Of a stretch of 64,000 nt of DNA, positions 48,649-58,001 are shown piece after piece (the first letter of the stretch is position 1; each line of letters starts with the position of its first letter). This stretch comes from an uncultured Selenomonadaceae bacterium (GTDB lineage Bacteria; Bacillota; Negativicutes; Selenomonadales; Selenomonadaceae): contig CAJTSO010000002.1 of the NCBI GenBank assembly GCA_910579115.1, positions 7,040 through 71,039 on the forward strand, in the 5' to 3' direction. The notes under the pieces are model-generated. The model saw only the letters and a list, made by a program, of their open reading frames with translations. It was not told the origin of the DNA and ran no database searches. The position numbers were made by a program, and so were the translations under genes.

Positions 48649-49689
48649 CTACTTCTTGTCAAACATATCGTGTTCAATCATGTACTCAGCGATCTGAAGA
48701 GTATTTAGAGCTGCCCCCTTGCGGATCTGGTCACCGCAACACCAGAAATTTACGCCATGCTCTACAGACTCATCGTAACGGAGGCGGCCTACCTCTACAT
48801 CATCAAGGCCCGAAGTGTTTAGAGGCATCGGATAAATCTGCTCATCGGGATTATCGGTCAGCTTAACACCGGGAAACTTTTCCAAAGCCTCACGGGCTTC
48901 TGCCAAATCAATATCTCCTTCAAATTCTACATTCACGGATTCTGCATGGCTGCGATATACAGGAACGCGAACCGTGGTGGCCGTAATTTTCATTTCCGGA
49001 GCATTCATGATCTTACGTGTCTCCAGAATCATCTTCATCTCTTCCTTGGTATAAAGATTCTCCTTAAAGATATCGATCTGCGGAATCAGATTAAAGGCAA
49101 TCTGATAATGCTTCTTCAAACTGGCACCAGGAAGAATTTTGGCCGTAACCGATCGACCGGCAACGATATCTGCCACCTGTTCCTCAAGCTCCTCCATAGC
49201 TTCCTTGCCGCCGCCGGAAACTGCCTGGTAAGTAGATACGACCACCCGCTTAATCGGAACGATATCATGGAGCGGTTTAAGGGCCATAACCATAATAATG
49301 GTAGAGCAGTTCGGATTTGCGATAATACCTTTATGTCGGGCAATAGCCTCCGGGTTTACCTCCGGGACAACAAGCGGAACTTCCGGATCCATACGGAACG
49401 TAGAAGAGTTATCAATTACTACCGCACCGGCCCTTACAGCAATCGGCGCGAAAGTTTCACTGATGGAACCACCTGCGAAAAGGGCAATTTCCACCCCTTC
49501 GAAGGAATTCTCAGTCGCTTCCTCAACAACGTAATCCTTACCCATGAATTTAATGACCTGACCGGCCGACCTTTTAGAAGCCAAAAGCTTCAGCTCGGCA
49601 AAGGGAAAATTTCGTTCCTCAATAAGGCGCAGGAATTCCGCCCCGACTGCTCCGGTGGCACCAAGAATTGCAACATTGTACTTTCTCAT
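48649..49689 (-). CDS. asd: aspartate-semialdehyde dehydrogenase
   Basis: ILGATGAVG NAD fold and the active-site NPNCSTI. Confidence 0.95.
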   Translation of the reverse strand: MRKYNVAILGATGAVGAEFLRLIEERNFPFAELKLLASKRSAGQVIKFMGKDYVVEEATENSFEGVEIALFAGGSISETFAPIAVRAGAVVIDNSSTFRMDPEVPLVVPEVNPEAIARHKGIIANPNCSTIIMVMALKPLHDIVPIKRVVVSTYQAVSGGGKEAMEELEEQVADIVAGRSVTAKILPGASLKKHYQIAFNLIPQIDIFKENLYTKEEMKMILETRKIMNAPEMKITATTVRVPVYRSHAESVNVEFEGDIDLAEAREALEKFPGVKLTDNPDEQIYPMPLNTSGLDDVEVGRLRYDESVEHGVNFWCCGDQIRKGAALNTLQIAEYMIEHDMFDKK

Positions 49690-49710
49690 ATCATTTCTTC
49701 CTTCCCATTG

Positions 49711-50499
49711 TTACATCAGCTTCTCAAGGCCGATTACAAGTCCTTTCAAACCAAGTATTTTCTTACAGGCCAGAACCACGCCCGGCATAAATGATTCACG
49801 GTCCAGAGAATCATGACGGATGCTTAACGTCTGTCCAAGTCCGCCCAAAATTACCTCCTGGTGGGCGACATAACCAGGCAAACGAACACTGTGAATAGGG
49901 ATTCCATTTACCTGCGCCCCTCTTGCTCCGGCGATTTTCTCTTTTTCCTCCGGATGCCCTTGCCTGTGGGCCTCCCTGACCTCGGAAATCAGGTTGGCTG
50001 TTTCCAGTGCGGTACCTGACGGAGCATCAAGCTTTCTATCATGATGGAGTTCAATAATCTCAACCTCAGGCATATATTTGGCTGCCTGCCGGGCCATGAG
50101 CATCATCAAAACTGCACCTATGGCAAAGTTCGGGGCAATAAACACTGGCGTGTCATACTCCTCACTGAGGGCTTTGAGCTGAGTCTTTACCTCATCGCCC
50201 AAGCCGGTTGTGCCAATAACCGGGGCTACTCTGTTTTTCAGGGCCAGCACCGCATTTTCATAGACCACATCGGGGCGGGTAAAATCAACCATTACCTCCG
50301 GTTTTGCCTCAGCTATAGCCGCTGCCAAGTCAGTGGTGACCTTAACCCCAACCGGTTTAAGGCCCACCAGCTCACCAGCATCCACGCCGCCCTTGAGATC
50401 AACCGCTGCTACCAGCTCTGTCTCAGGGTCATTGATAATTGACTTTATCACAGCCTGCCCCATACGGCCACAGGCTCCGGTTACAAGAACTTTTACCAT
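49711..50499 (-). CDS. dapB: 4-hydroxy-tetrahydrodipicolinate reductase
   Basis: VLVTGACGRMG and ELHHDRKLDAPSGTA motifs. The ATG at 50499 follows GGGAGG. Confidence 0.93.
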   Translation of the reverse strand: MVKVLVTGACGRMGQAVIKSIINDPETELVAAVDLKGGVDAGELVGLKPVGVKVTTDLAAAIAEAKPEVMVDFTRPDVVYENAVLALKNRVAPVIGTTGLGDEVKTQLKALSEEYDTPVFIAPNFAIGAVLMMLMARQAAKYMPEVEIIELHHDRKLDAPSGTALETANLISEVREAHRQGHPEEKEKIAGARGAQVNGIPIHSVRLPGYVAHQEVILGGLGQTLSIRHDSLDRESFMPGVVLACKKILGLKGLVIGLEKLM

Positions 50500-50612
50500 T
50501 ACAAAACCTCCCGGCAAAACTCTTTTCTAAATCTGTATCTTCGTATTTTAGCAAACTAATATCAGAAAAGTCAAACTTTCACTAAGTATACATTATTTGC
50601 CGCTTAAATACC

Positions 50613-51302
50613 TCAATCATTCTTTTTCATCCGGCTGTATATAAACCACACAATCCCATATATGGCCGTTGCAGCTAAAACAACCATCATGAGCCTGTCG
50701 CTATGTTCTTTCATAAGCACTGCATCGTGCCCAACTATCACTTCAAGGGCAGTAGAAGGAAATTTCCCTATCAGGTTTGCCAATATATAATCCTTAATGC
50801 CAATTGAGGACACCGCTCCCAATGCCGTCAAAAGACCGGAGGGAAAATAGGGAATCGTGCGGAGAAACAGCATCAGCTTGAATCCATTTTTTCCGCTCAT
50901 CTCATCGACTTTTTTCAGGGAATTGCTCTTATCAATTATCTTTTTTGCTGTATCCCGAAGGACAGTGCGCATTAGTAAAAAGCTGATGATTACTCCTACC
51001 GTCTCCGCCAGCCAGGATATTATCACGCCGTTAAATATTCCAAATAGTAACCCATTTGCCGTGGATACAAATATTGAAGGTAGAAATCCCATGGCATTTA
51101 TGAGCACATCAAACAAAAAACTCACGGCCATTGCCCAAGCGCCAAATCCAGCAATGAAATCGACTGTATCTTGAAGCTGACCCGAGGTTGCTACCCGCCA
51201 GAAATCAGAAAAGAAAGCAGGTGCGATAAGCCAGATAGCAAAAGTCATTGCCGCCAATGAAATACCGGCTATTATTTTAATGGTTTTCTCTGTAATTTTC
51301 AT
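50613..51302 (-). CDS. TVP38/TMEM64 (DedA-related, SNARE-associated) family membrane protein
   Basis: 229 aa polytopic protein whose sequence pattern matches the VTT-domain family. Confidence 0.7.
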   Translation of the reverse strand: MKITEKTIKIIAGISLAAMTFAIWLIAPAFFSDFWRVATSGQLQDTVDFIAGFGAWAMAVSFLFDVLINAMGFLPSIFVSTANGLLFGIFNGVIISWLAETVGVIISFLLMRTVLRDTAKKIIDKSNSLKKVDEMSGKNGFKLMLFLRTIPYFPSGLLTALGAVSSIGIKDYILANLIGKFPSTALEVIVGHDAVLMKEHSDRLMMVVLAATAIYGIVWFIYSRMKKND

Positions 51303-51305
51303 AAT

Positions 51306-53411
51306 TTACGCATCATTTATATGACTAAACTTGTCTTTATATTTTAACATAAGATAGGGGCGAATAGATTCAAGGGCCTCCGCATCAGCCATTGTCTCCA
51401 AAGCCGCCTGCCGGGCCCTGAGAAGTATATCAGTATCCTTCATCACATTAACTATTTTTAGATCACCTGTACCATGCTGCATAGAGCCGAAAAACTGTCC
51501 TGCACCACGCAATCGTAAATCAGCTTCGGCCACTTCAAAGCCGCTTGTAGTATCCCGAAGTACCTCCAACCGCTCCCTGGAAACTGCTGATTTTGAACCG
51601 GAAACGAGAATACAATAAGAGCTATATTGACCACGTCCTATCCTGCCTCGCAGCTGATGCAGCTGAGCCAAACCAAAACGCTCTGCATTTTCTATAACCA
51701 TTATGCTGGCATTGGGTACATCTACCCCCACCTCTATAACAGTTGTTGCCACTAACAGGCTCAGCTTATTTTCATAAAAATCAGCCATAGTCTGTTGCTT
51801 CTTATCCTTTTTCAGCCGACCATGAATGAGACCAATGGGAATATTCTTAAATATTCCCTGGGAAAGTTCGTTATATATCTCTTCCGCAGAAGGAACGTGA
51901 TGGCTACTGCCATCGGGGTTATCACTCTCTTCTATCAACGGACAGACAACATATGCCTGACGGCCGGCCACTATTTCCTTTTTGACGAATTCATAGATAA
52001 GCTGGCGCCGGTCGCTTTCCCGGACAAAGGTGCGGATGGGCTTCCGTCCTGGGGGGAGGCGCTCTATTCTTGATACATCAAGGTCACCATATACTGTCAG
52101 TGTCATTGTCCTTGGAATAGGCGTTGCGGTCATGACCAAAACGTCAGGGGCATATTCACCCTTCTTGTCCAGAGCAGCCCTTTGAGAAATGCCAAACCGA
52201 TGCTGTTCGTCAGTAACCGCTAAACCCAAGGCAGCAAATTTTACCGTCTCCTGAATGATCGCATGAGTACCGATTACTATATCCAATTCATGGTTAGCTA
52301 TCTTTCCCAATGTATCACGATGTTTTTTGACACTGAGACTGCCAACCAGCAAGCCAACCTTTATTGCTGTTTCTTTCAGTAATTCGGTAAATTTTTCATA
52401 ATGCTGCCGGGCTAATATTTCCGTCGGTACCATAAATGCACCCTGATAGCCATTTTCTACAGTCTTTACCAATGCCATAAGGGCTATAACCGTCTTACCT
52501 GAGCCCACATCTCCCTCCAACAACCGGCGCATAGGAATCTGCTGTTCCATATCCTTCTCAATATCCTTCCAGGCTTTTAATTGATCTTCTGTCAGCGAGT
52601 ATGGCAAGGCATCAAAAATCGAATTGACCAAGGAACCGCTCATCAAGTGACGAACACCATCGATTCCTTGCTGGCTGTCCCGCTTTAGCAGCAACAGTCC
52701 GCATTGAATTACATACAGCTCCTCAAAAGCGAGTGTCTCTCTTGCTTTTGTTAATTCCTCATTATTTCCCGGGTAGTGTATACTCTGCAGAGCCCTTTGC
52801 CTTGGCATAAGCTTGTATCTGCTTCTGATAGGCTGAGGGATTATTTCATCAATCCTTATATCTGACGCCCACAAATTTTCTGTCAGACGGCGAATATATT
52901 TCTGACTAATTGACTCTGCTAACTGGTATACTGGCAAAATGCCCTGCTTCTGAATTGCTGCTCCCGACTCCAGCAATTCAAAAGAGATAAGCCTCGTTAC
53001 GGCCAGCATGCCCCGTCCACCATAGGCAAGGCCTACTTTTCCGTATACCAGTATCCTCTTTCCGACAGTAAGCGATTTTTTCAGGAAGCGCTGATTAAAC
53101 CAGTTTACCTGCAAGTAACCGGTGCCATCCGATATTGTTGCCATCAGGATACTTCTGTATCGCCCATATATTTTCTCCCGTATATTGACAATTATCCCAA
53201 TAACGGTATAGATACAGTCTTCTCTGTCGGGGAATAATTCTCCTATGGCGGTGATAGAGCTTCTGTCCTCATACGCCCTTGGGTAATATGTTACCAGATC
53301 CTCAATGGTGGAAATGCCGAGCTTTTGCAGGGATGCAGCTCGCTTTGGTCCAACTCCGTTTAAGTACTTCACGTCCGTTCTTAAATTGAGAATATTTGCT
53401 TTTGCCATCAT
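51306..53411 (-). CDS. recG: ATP-dependent DNA helicase RecG
   Basis: Wedge domain plus helicase motifs (GDVGSGKT, DEQHRFG, TATPIPRT). The start is uncertain: the ORF extends to 53453, with ATGs at 53411 and 53408. Confidence 0.93.
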   Translation of the reverse strand: MMAKANILNLRTDVKYLNGVGPKRAASLQKLGISTIEDLVTYYPRAYEDRSSITAIGELFPDREDCIYTVIGIIVNIREKIYGRYRSILMATISDGTGYLQVNWFNQRFLKKSLTVGKRILVYGKVGLAYGGRGMLAVTRLISFELLESGAAIQKQGILPVYQLAESISQKYIRRLTENLWASDIRIDEIIPQPIRSRYKLMPRQRALQSIHYPGNNEELTKARETLAFEELYVIQCGLLLLKRDSQQGIDGVRHLMSGSLVNSIFDALPYSLTEDQLKAWKDIEKDMEQQIPMRRLLEGDVGSGKTVIALMALVKTVENGYQGAFMVPTEILARQHYEKFTELLKETAIKVGLLVGSLSVKKHRDTLGKIANHELDIVIGTHAIIQETVKFAALGLAVTDEQHRFGISQRAALDKKGEYAPDVLVMTATPIPRTMTLTVYGDLDVSRIERLPPGRKPIRTFVRESDRRQLIYEFVKKEIVAGRQAYVVCPLIEESDNPDGSSHHVPSAEEIYNELSQGIFKNIPIGLIHGRLKKDKKQQTMADFYENKLSLLVATTVIEVGVDVPNASIMVIENAERFGLAQLHQLRGRIGRGQYSSYCILVSGSKSAVSRERLEVLRDTTSGFEVAEADLRLRGAGQFFGSMQHGTGDLKIVNVMKDTDILLRARQAALETMADAEALESIRPYLMLKYKDKFSHINDA

Positions 53412-53477
53412 ATCACTACCATACAGAAAAGAGGCCGCTGCGGATATATGCAACAGCCTCCTGAATCACCTGAATAA

Positions 53478-54428
53478 TCATTTGAAAAGATTGCTTACTG
53501 ACTTCCGCTGATGAATGTTCAGTATAACATCTGCTAAAGCATCGGCCAAAGACAGAGTAACTATCTTTGGGGACTTCTTTTCCTCTGGGAGTGGAATAGT
53601 ATCAGTGATAATAAGTTCTTTAATGCAGGAATCGTTTATGCGTTCAACCGCCGGCCCGGAAAGAATTGCATGAGAGCAGCAGGCATAAACCTCCGAAGCC
53701 CCTTCCTTTTTCAGAGCCTTTGCCCCTTCACAAAGGGAACCGGCAGTATCGACAATATCATCAATGATGACACAGCGCTTACCTTTTACATCGCCAATAA
53801 AGTTCATAACCTCAGCTTTGCCTGGCTCAGGACGGCGCTTTTCAATGATAGCGATGGAAGTGCCAAGACGATCTGCCAAAACACGGGCACGCTGAACGCC
53901 ACCCAAGTCAGGAGACACGACAACAACATTCTCCATCTTCTTGGAAATAATATAATCTGCCAAAACCGGAGCGGCTGCCAAATGGTCAACAGGAATATCG
54001 AAGAAGCCCTGAATCTGGCCCGCATGGAGATCAACGGTCACCATGCGGGTAATTCCAGCACACTCCATAAGATTGGCAACAAGCTTTGCAGAAATAGGCT
54101 CACGGCCACGGGTCTTGCGATCCTGACGCGCGTATGCATAATACGGGACAACGGCTGTTATGCTGTGCGCTGAAGCCCGCCGACAGGCATCTGCCATAAT
54201 GAGCAACTCCATAAGATTATCATTGACCGGATAAGTAGTCGGCTGAATGATGAAAATATCACGACCACGGATACTTTCGTCAATCATAACCTGAGTCTCG
54301 CCGTTGTTAAAGTGCCCAACGCTGGCCGCACACAGCTTCAGTCCAAGATGCCTGGCTATATCCTCAGCCAACTTCGGATTTGCATTACCGGCCAGTATGC
54401 ACAAATCTTCCTTATCTCTCAATATCAT
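53478..54428 (-). CDS. prs: ribose-phosphate pyrophosphokinase
   Basis: PRPP synthetase motifs (YARQDRK, DLHAGQIQGFF, IIDDIVDTAGS). The ATG at 54428 follows GGGGAGG. Confidence 0.95.
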   Translation of the reverse strand: MILRDKEDLCILAGNANPKLAEDIARHLGLKLCAASVGHFNNGETQVMIDESIRGRDIFIIQPTTYPVNDNLMELLIMADACRRASAHSITAVVPYYAYARQDRKTRGREPISAKLVANLMECAGITRMVTVDLHAGQIQGFFDIPVDHLAAAPVLADYIISKKMENVVVVSPDLGGVQRARVLADRLGTSIAIIEKRRPEPGKAEVMNFIGDVKGKRCVIIDDIVDTAGSLCEGAKALKKEGASEVYACCSHAILSGPAVERINDSCIKELIITDTIPLPEEKKSPKIVTLSLADALADVILNIHQRKSVSNLFK

Positions 54429-54543
54429 TTTGATAAATCCTCCCCTGGAAAATACCACAAATAACCAGACAACCAATGACTAATCTATATGAATATCATG
54501 AAACCGAAATGAAAATTCAGCCTTGGAAAATATCGTTTAAATA

Positions 54544-55914
54544 TCAACCATTATTTCTTTTATCAGCCCAGCCACGGATGTTTTTCTGGTGGGCTCTCGC
54601 CACAGCTAAACAACCGGCCGGCACTTCCTTTGTAATGGTAGAACCTGCCCCTACATAGGCCCCATCCCCAACCGTAACCGGAGCCACCAGATTGGCGTTA
54701 CAACCAATAAAGGCATTATCCCCCACCACCGTGCGATGCTTCATCATACCATCGTAGTTCACGGTAATTGTTCCGCAGCCCATGTTTACTTTGGAACCCA
54801 TATCGCAGTCGCCAATGTAAGAAAGATGGGGTAACTTTGTCCCATCGCCGATATTGGAATTCTTTACCTCCACAAAATTGCCGACATGCACATTATTCTT
54901 CAACACAGTATTGGGCCGGATATGAACGTAGGGGCCAACTGTAACCCCTTCCTCCATTTCACACTCATGAGCATAAGTGAAGGAAACCACCGCATTATCC
55001 CCGACCTTAACATCGGTAAAGCGGCAATTTGGCCCAATCTCACAGCCACTGCCTATAACAGTCCTGCCCTCAAGCCAGGTCCCAGGATAAATCACCGTAT
55101 CACTACCTACTACAACCTCTGCATCAATGTAGGTAGTTGCCGGATCCATCAATGTTACGCCCTGCTCCATAAGCTCATTGTTCTTACGGACTCTGAGAAT
55201 CTTTTCCGCCTGAGCCAATTGTACCCGGGAATTTACCCCCAGAATAGATTCATAATCATCAACAGCATAGGCAGCAATCTGTTCTCTCTGACTTCTAATA
55301 ATGTCAAGCACATCCGGGAGATAATATTCTCCCTGCGCATTGTGGCACTCGACCTCTGCCAAAGCCGAGAATAAAGTCTCTTTATCAAAACAATAAATAC
55401 CAGAATTGACTTCGCATATTCTGCGCTCCGCCTCAGTAGCATCCTTATGCTCTACGATCTTTTCAAGCATACCGTCTGCAGACCGGATAATCCGACCATA
55501 CCCAGTGGCATCAGGCATGACAGCCGTGAGAACGGTCGCCTTTGCGCCGTTACTGCAATGAGCCTCGTAAAAGGACCTGAGCATACCGGTTGTAAGAAGC
55601 GGAGTATCTCCACAAAGCACCATCACAGTACCAGTTTCATCCTTCAGCGCCTCGGCTGTCTGGAGTACTGCATGGCCGGTTCCAAGCTGCTCAGCCTGAA
55701 CAACGATTTCCGTATCTGCAGATATAGCCTCTCGAACCATTTCCGCCTGAAACCCCACTACTGCAATGCTTCTCTTCGCCCCTGCACCCTTTGCAGCGTC
55801 AATCACATGCTGCAACATGGGCTTTCCTCCTGCCTTGTGCAGGACTTTTGGCAGCTTGGATTTCATACGGGTGCCTTTTCCGGCCGCCAGAATAACGGTA
55901 ATGAATTCAGCCAT
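54544..55914 (-). CDS. glmU: bifunctional UDP-N-acetylglucosamine pyrophosphorylase / glucosamine-1-phosphate acetyltransferase
   Basis: LAAGKGTRMKS N-terminal motif and C-terminal hexapeptide repeats. Confidence 0.95.
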   Translation of the reverse strand: MAEFITVILAAGKGTRMKSKLPKVLHKAGGKPMLQHVIDAAKGAGAKRSIAVVGFQAEMVREAISADTEIVVQAEQLGTGHAVLQTAEALKDETGTVMVLCGDTPLLTTGMLRSFYEAHCSNGAKATVLTAVMPDATGYGRIIRSADGMLEKIVEHKDATEAERRICEVNSGIYCFDKETLFSALAEVECHNAQGEYYLPDVLDIIRSQREQIAAYAVDDYESILGVNSRVQLAQAEKILRVRKNNELMEQGVTLMDPATTYIDAEVVVGSDTVIYPGTWLEGRTVIGSGCEIGPNCRFTDVKVGDNAVVSFTYAHECEMEEGVTVGPYVHIRPNTVLKNNVHVGNFVEVKNSNIGDGTKLPHLSYIGDCDMGSKVNMGCGTITVNYDGMMKHRTVVGDNAFIGCNANLVAPVTVGDGAYVGAGSTITKEVPAGCLAVARAHQKNIRGWADKRNNG

Positions 55915-55935
55915 TTATTGTCTCCCATTTAATTT

Positions 55936-56637
55936 TTATTTTTCTTCAGGCACGTTTTTCTTCGCCCGTGCATCCATAGCAGTTAAGAGCGTCTTTTCAG
56001 CCTGCTCCATATGATTCGCAGCCACCCGCTGAGCCTCCATAACGTCGCCCTGAGATATTGCCTCTACAATCGACTTATGTTCGTTGATCGTAGCAGCCAT
56101 ACGGCCCGGATAGGCCATGGACATAGAGCGGAACCTGGTAAGCTGCTCCCGAAGGTTATTTATTATACCAACCAGTCGTGCATTTCGGCTGGCTGTATAC
56201 AGGATATCATGGAACTCCATATCGGCTTCGACGATCTTATCCATATGGCCCTGCTCAAAATAGTCGCTGATGACAACCAACAGATGCTGAAGCCTTTCCA
56301 GCTCTTCCTCAGTTATGCGCTCGGCAGCCAAGCCGCAGGCAAGCGATTCCAGCATAGTGCGAATCTCAAAAACTTCATTGACATCACGAATTGACAGGTT
56401 TGCAACATAGGTGCCGCGTCGCGGCATCATAATAACGTACCCCTCAAGCTCAAGTTTACGGATTGCCTCGCGAACCGGAGTGCGGCTCACTCCCAGTTCC
56501 TCTGCGACCTGGATCTCCATCAGGCGCTCGCCTGGTTTAAGAATCCCATTCTTGATAGCATCCCGTAGGGTCTCGCAGACCACCTCTCGCAGAGGCTGAT
56601 AACTATCCAGTCGTATTGGCGCGAGTCTCTTTTCCAT
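55936..56637 (-). CDS. GntR-family transcriptional regulator, FadR subfamily (wHTH + FCD domain)
   Basis: PGERLMEIQVAEELGVSRTPVREAIRKLELEG wHTH and an all-helical C-terminal FCD-like domain with histidines. Confidence 0.88.
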   Translation of the reverse strand: MEKRLAPIRLDSYQPLREVVCETLRDAIKNGILKPGERLMEIQVAEELGVSRTPVREAIRKLELEGYVIMMPRRGTYVANLSIRDVNEVFEIRTMLESLACGLAAERITEEELERLQHLLVVISDYFEQGHMDKIVEADMEFHDILYTASRNARLVGIINNLREQLTRFRSMSMAYPGRMAATINEHKSIVEAISQGDVMEAQRVAANHMEQAEKTLLTAMDARAKKNVPEEK

Positions 56638-56703
56638 AACTCCTGTCCCCTCTTCAAAAATATGTTTCTACATAACTTAGGTCAACGATAAATAAAAATT
56701 ACG

Positions 56704-57693
56704 TTATGTCCCCAATACAGGTCCGAATGCAATCTGTCCTTCTGTTTTTTCCTGCATGGCAGTCGCCAGTCTCTCCGCAGATGCCGCGTCGCCAACGATG
56801 CCAAATACAGTAGGCCCGCTGCCAGACATCAAAGCGGCCAACGCTCCGTTTTCCATCATTAGCTGCTTGTATTTTTTTACAAGCGGACAAGCGGGTATGG
56901 TAACATTTTCAAAAACATTGACCAGAAATCCGAGGATATCCTCCAAGTCCCCACCCTTGCCGAGGCAATCTATTAAACCTTTGGTGTCAGGACGCTGGAA
57001 ATCTGGCATCTTTTCAGCAAACTCGTCAAATTTGCGGTAGGCCCAAGGGGTCGAAATGTCTGCCGGTGGTTTTGCTAAAACTACATAACAAGGGTGCATA
57101 GCCGATAAACTTTCAAGAATCTCTCCTCTGCCAGTAACCAGCGCCGTACCGCCAATGACGCAAAAAGGAATATCAGAACCTAATTCACCGGCAGTATCAG
57201 CCAGCTCTGATATTTGAATGTCAACATCATGAAGCTTTCTCAGTCCTCGCAGGACTCCTGCTGCATCAGCCGAGCCGCCGGCAAGACCTGCCGCCATCGG
57301 TATCCGCTTAGCTATATCTATGGCTATGGCACGGCAACCATGGCTTCCTAACGGGTATTCTCCTTCTTCATCAATCCTGTTACCATAATGCTCATAAAAA
57401 AGCTGAGCAGCACGCCAAGCAAGATTTGTTTTGTCACAGGGAAGATCTGAAATATCCATCGTAAGACGGAGCAGTATTTTTCCCCCTGCTCCACTGGAAA
57501 AAATAACCGAGTCTGCTCCGGCAGTCTCCCAAAGCTCATCTGCTTCTAGGGTAGACAACCTCCATATCCTCACGGTATCGTAAACGCCGACAGACTGCAT
57601 CACCATTTCTATCTGATGAAACCCATCACCGCGTTTACCAAGGATATCCAGTGTCAAATTGATCTTGGCCGGAGCTAATTCAGTTACCGTCAT
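56704..57693 (-). CDS. ispE: 4-diphosphocytidyl-2-C-methyl-D-erythritol kinase
   Basis: APAKINLTLDILGKRGDGFH and PMAAGLAGGSADAAG GHMP-kinase motifs. At 329 aa it looks longer than the IspE proteins I know. Confidence 0.9.
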   Translation of the reverse strand: MTVTELAPAKINLTLDILGKRGDGFHQIEMVMQSVGVYDTVRIWRLSTLEADELWETAGADSVIFSSGAGGKILLRLTMDISDLPCDKTNLAWRAAQLFYEHYGNRIDEEGEYPLGSHGCRAIAIDIAKRIPMAAGLAGGSADAAGVLRGLRKLHDVDIQISELADTAGELGSDIPFCVIGGTALVTGRGEILESLSAMHPCYVVLAKPPADISTPWAYRKFDEFAEKMPDFQRPDTKGLIDCLGKGGDLEDILGFLVNVFENVTIPACPLVKKYKQLMMENGALAALMSGSGPTVFGIVGDAASAERLATAMQEKTEGQIAFGPVLGT

Positions 57694-57725
57694 TACTTTC
57701 CCCTATGCTTTTAACAACTTACCTA

Positions 57726-57742
57726 TTGTATATTGAATACAA
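57726..57742. promoter_or_regulatory. candidate GntR/FadR-type operator 1 (palindrome TTGTAT-N5-ATACAA)
   Basis: TTGTATATTGAATACAA has perfect 6-bp arms. It lies between the predicted ispE promoter and the ispE start codon. Confidence 0.4.
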
Positions 57743-57774
57743 AATACTTTTTTACATAGACTCTACCGACTAAA

Positions 57775-57803
57775 ATATTACCAAGTTTCACAGCAATAAT
57801 CAA
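57775..57803 (-). promoter_or_regulatory. sigma-70-type promoter for ispE-gntR-glmU-prs
   Basis: Minus strand reads TTGATT, 17 nt, TAATAT. Confidence 0.4.
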
Positions 57804-57831
57804 GAATAAGTAGTTGTATGGACGAGAAAAT

Positions 57832-57847
57832 TTGTACTTTGAATACA
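57832..57847. promoter_or_regulatory. candidate GntR/FadR-type operator 2
   Basis: TTGTACTTTGAATACA matches operator 1 at 14 of 16 positions. It lies about 30 bp upstream of the predicted -35. Confidence 0.35.
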
Positions 57848-57944
57848 CAGAAACATAAACATCAAGAACTAACCTGTCTAATACCTTTGATTTTGGCAGT
57901 TATTACGGTTAATCAAGTCTCTGTACAAAAATTATTCTAAACGC

Positions 57945-57985
57945 ACAAAAGACAGCCGACAAAAACATTCATCGGCTGTCTTCCT
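57945..57985 (-). terminator. intrinsic terminator after htpG
   Basis: Minus strand reads AAGACAGCCGA, 12-nt loop, TCGGCTGTCTT, followed by TTGTGCGTTT. Confidence 0.7.
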
Positions 57986-58001
57986 GATAATTATATTTTT
58001 A

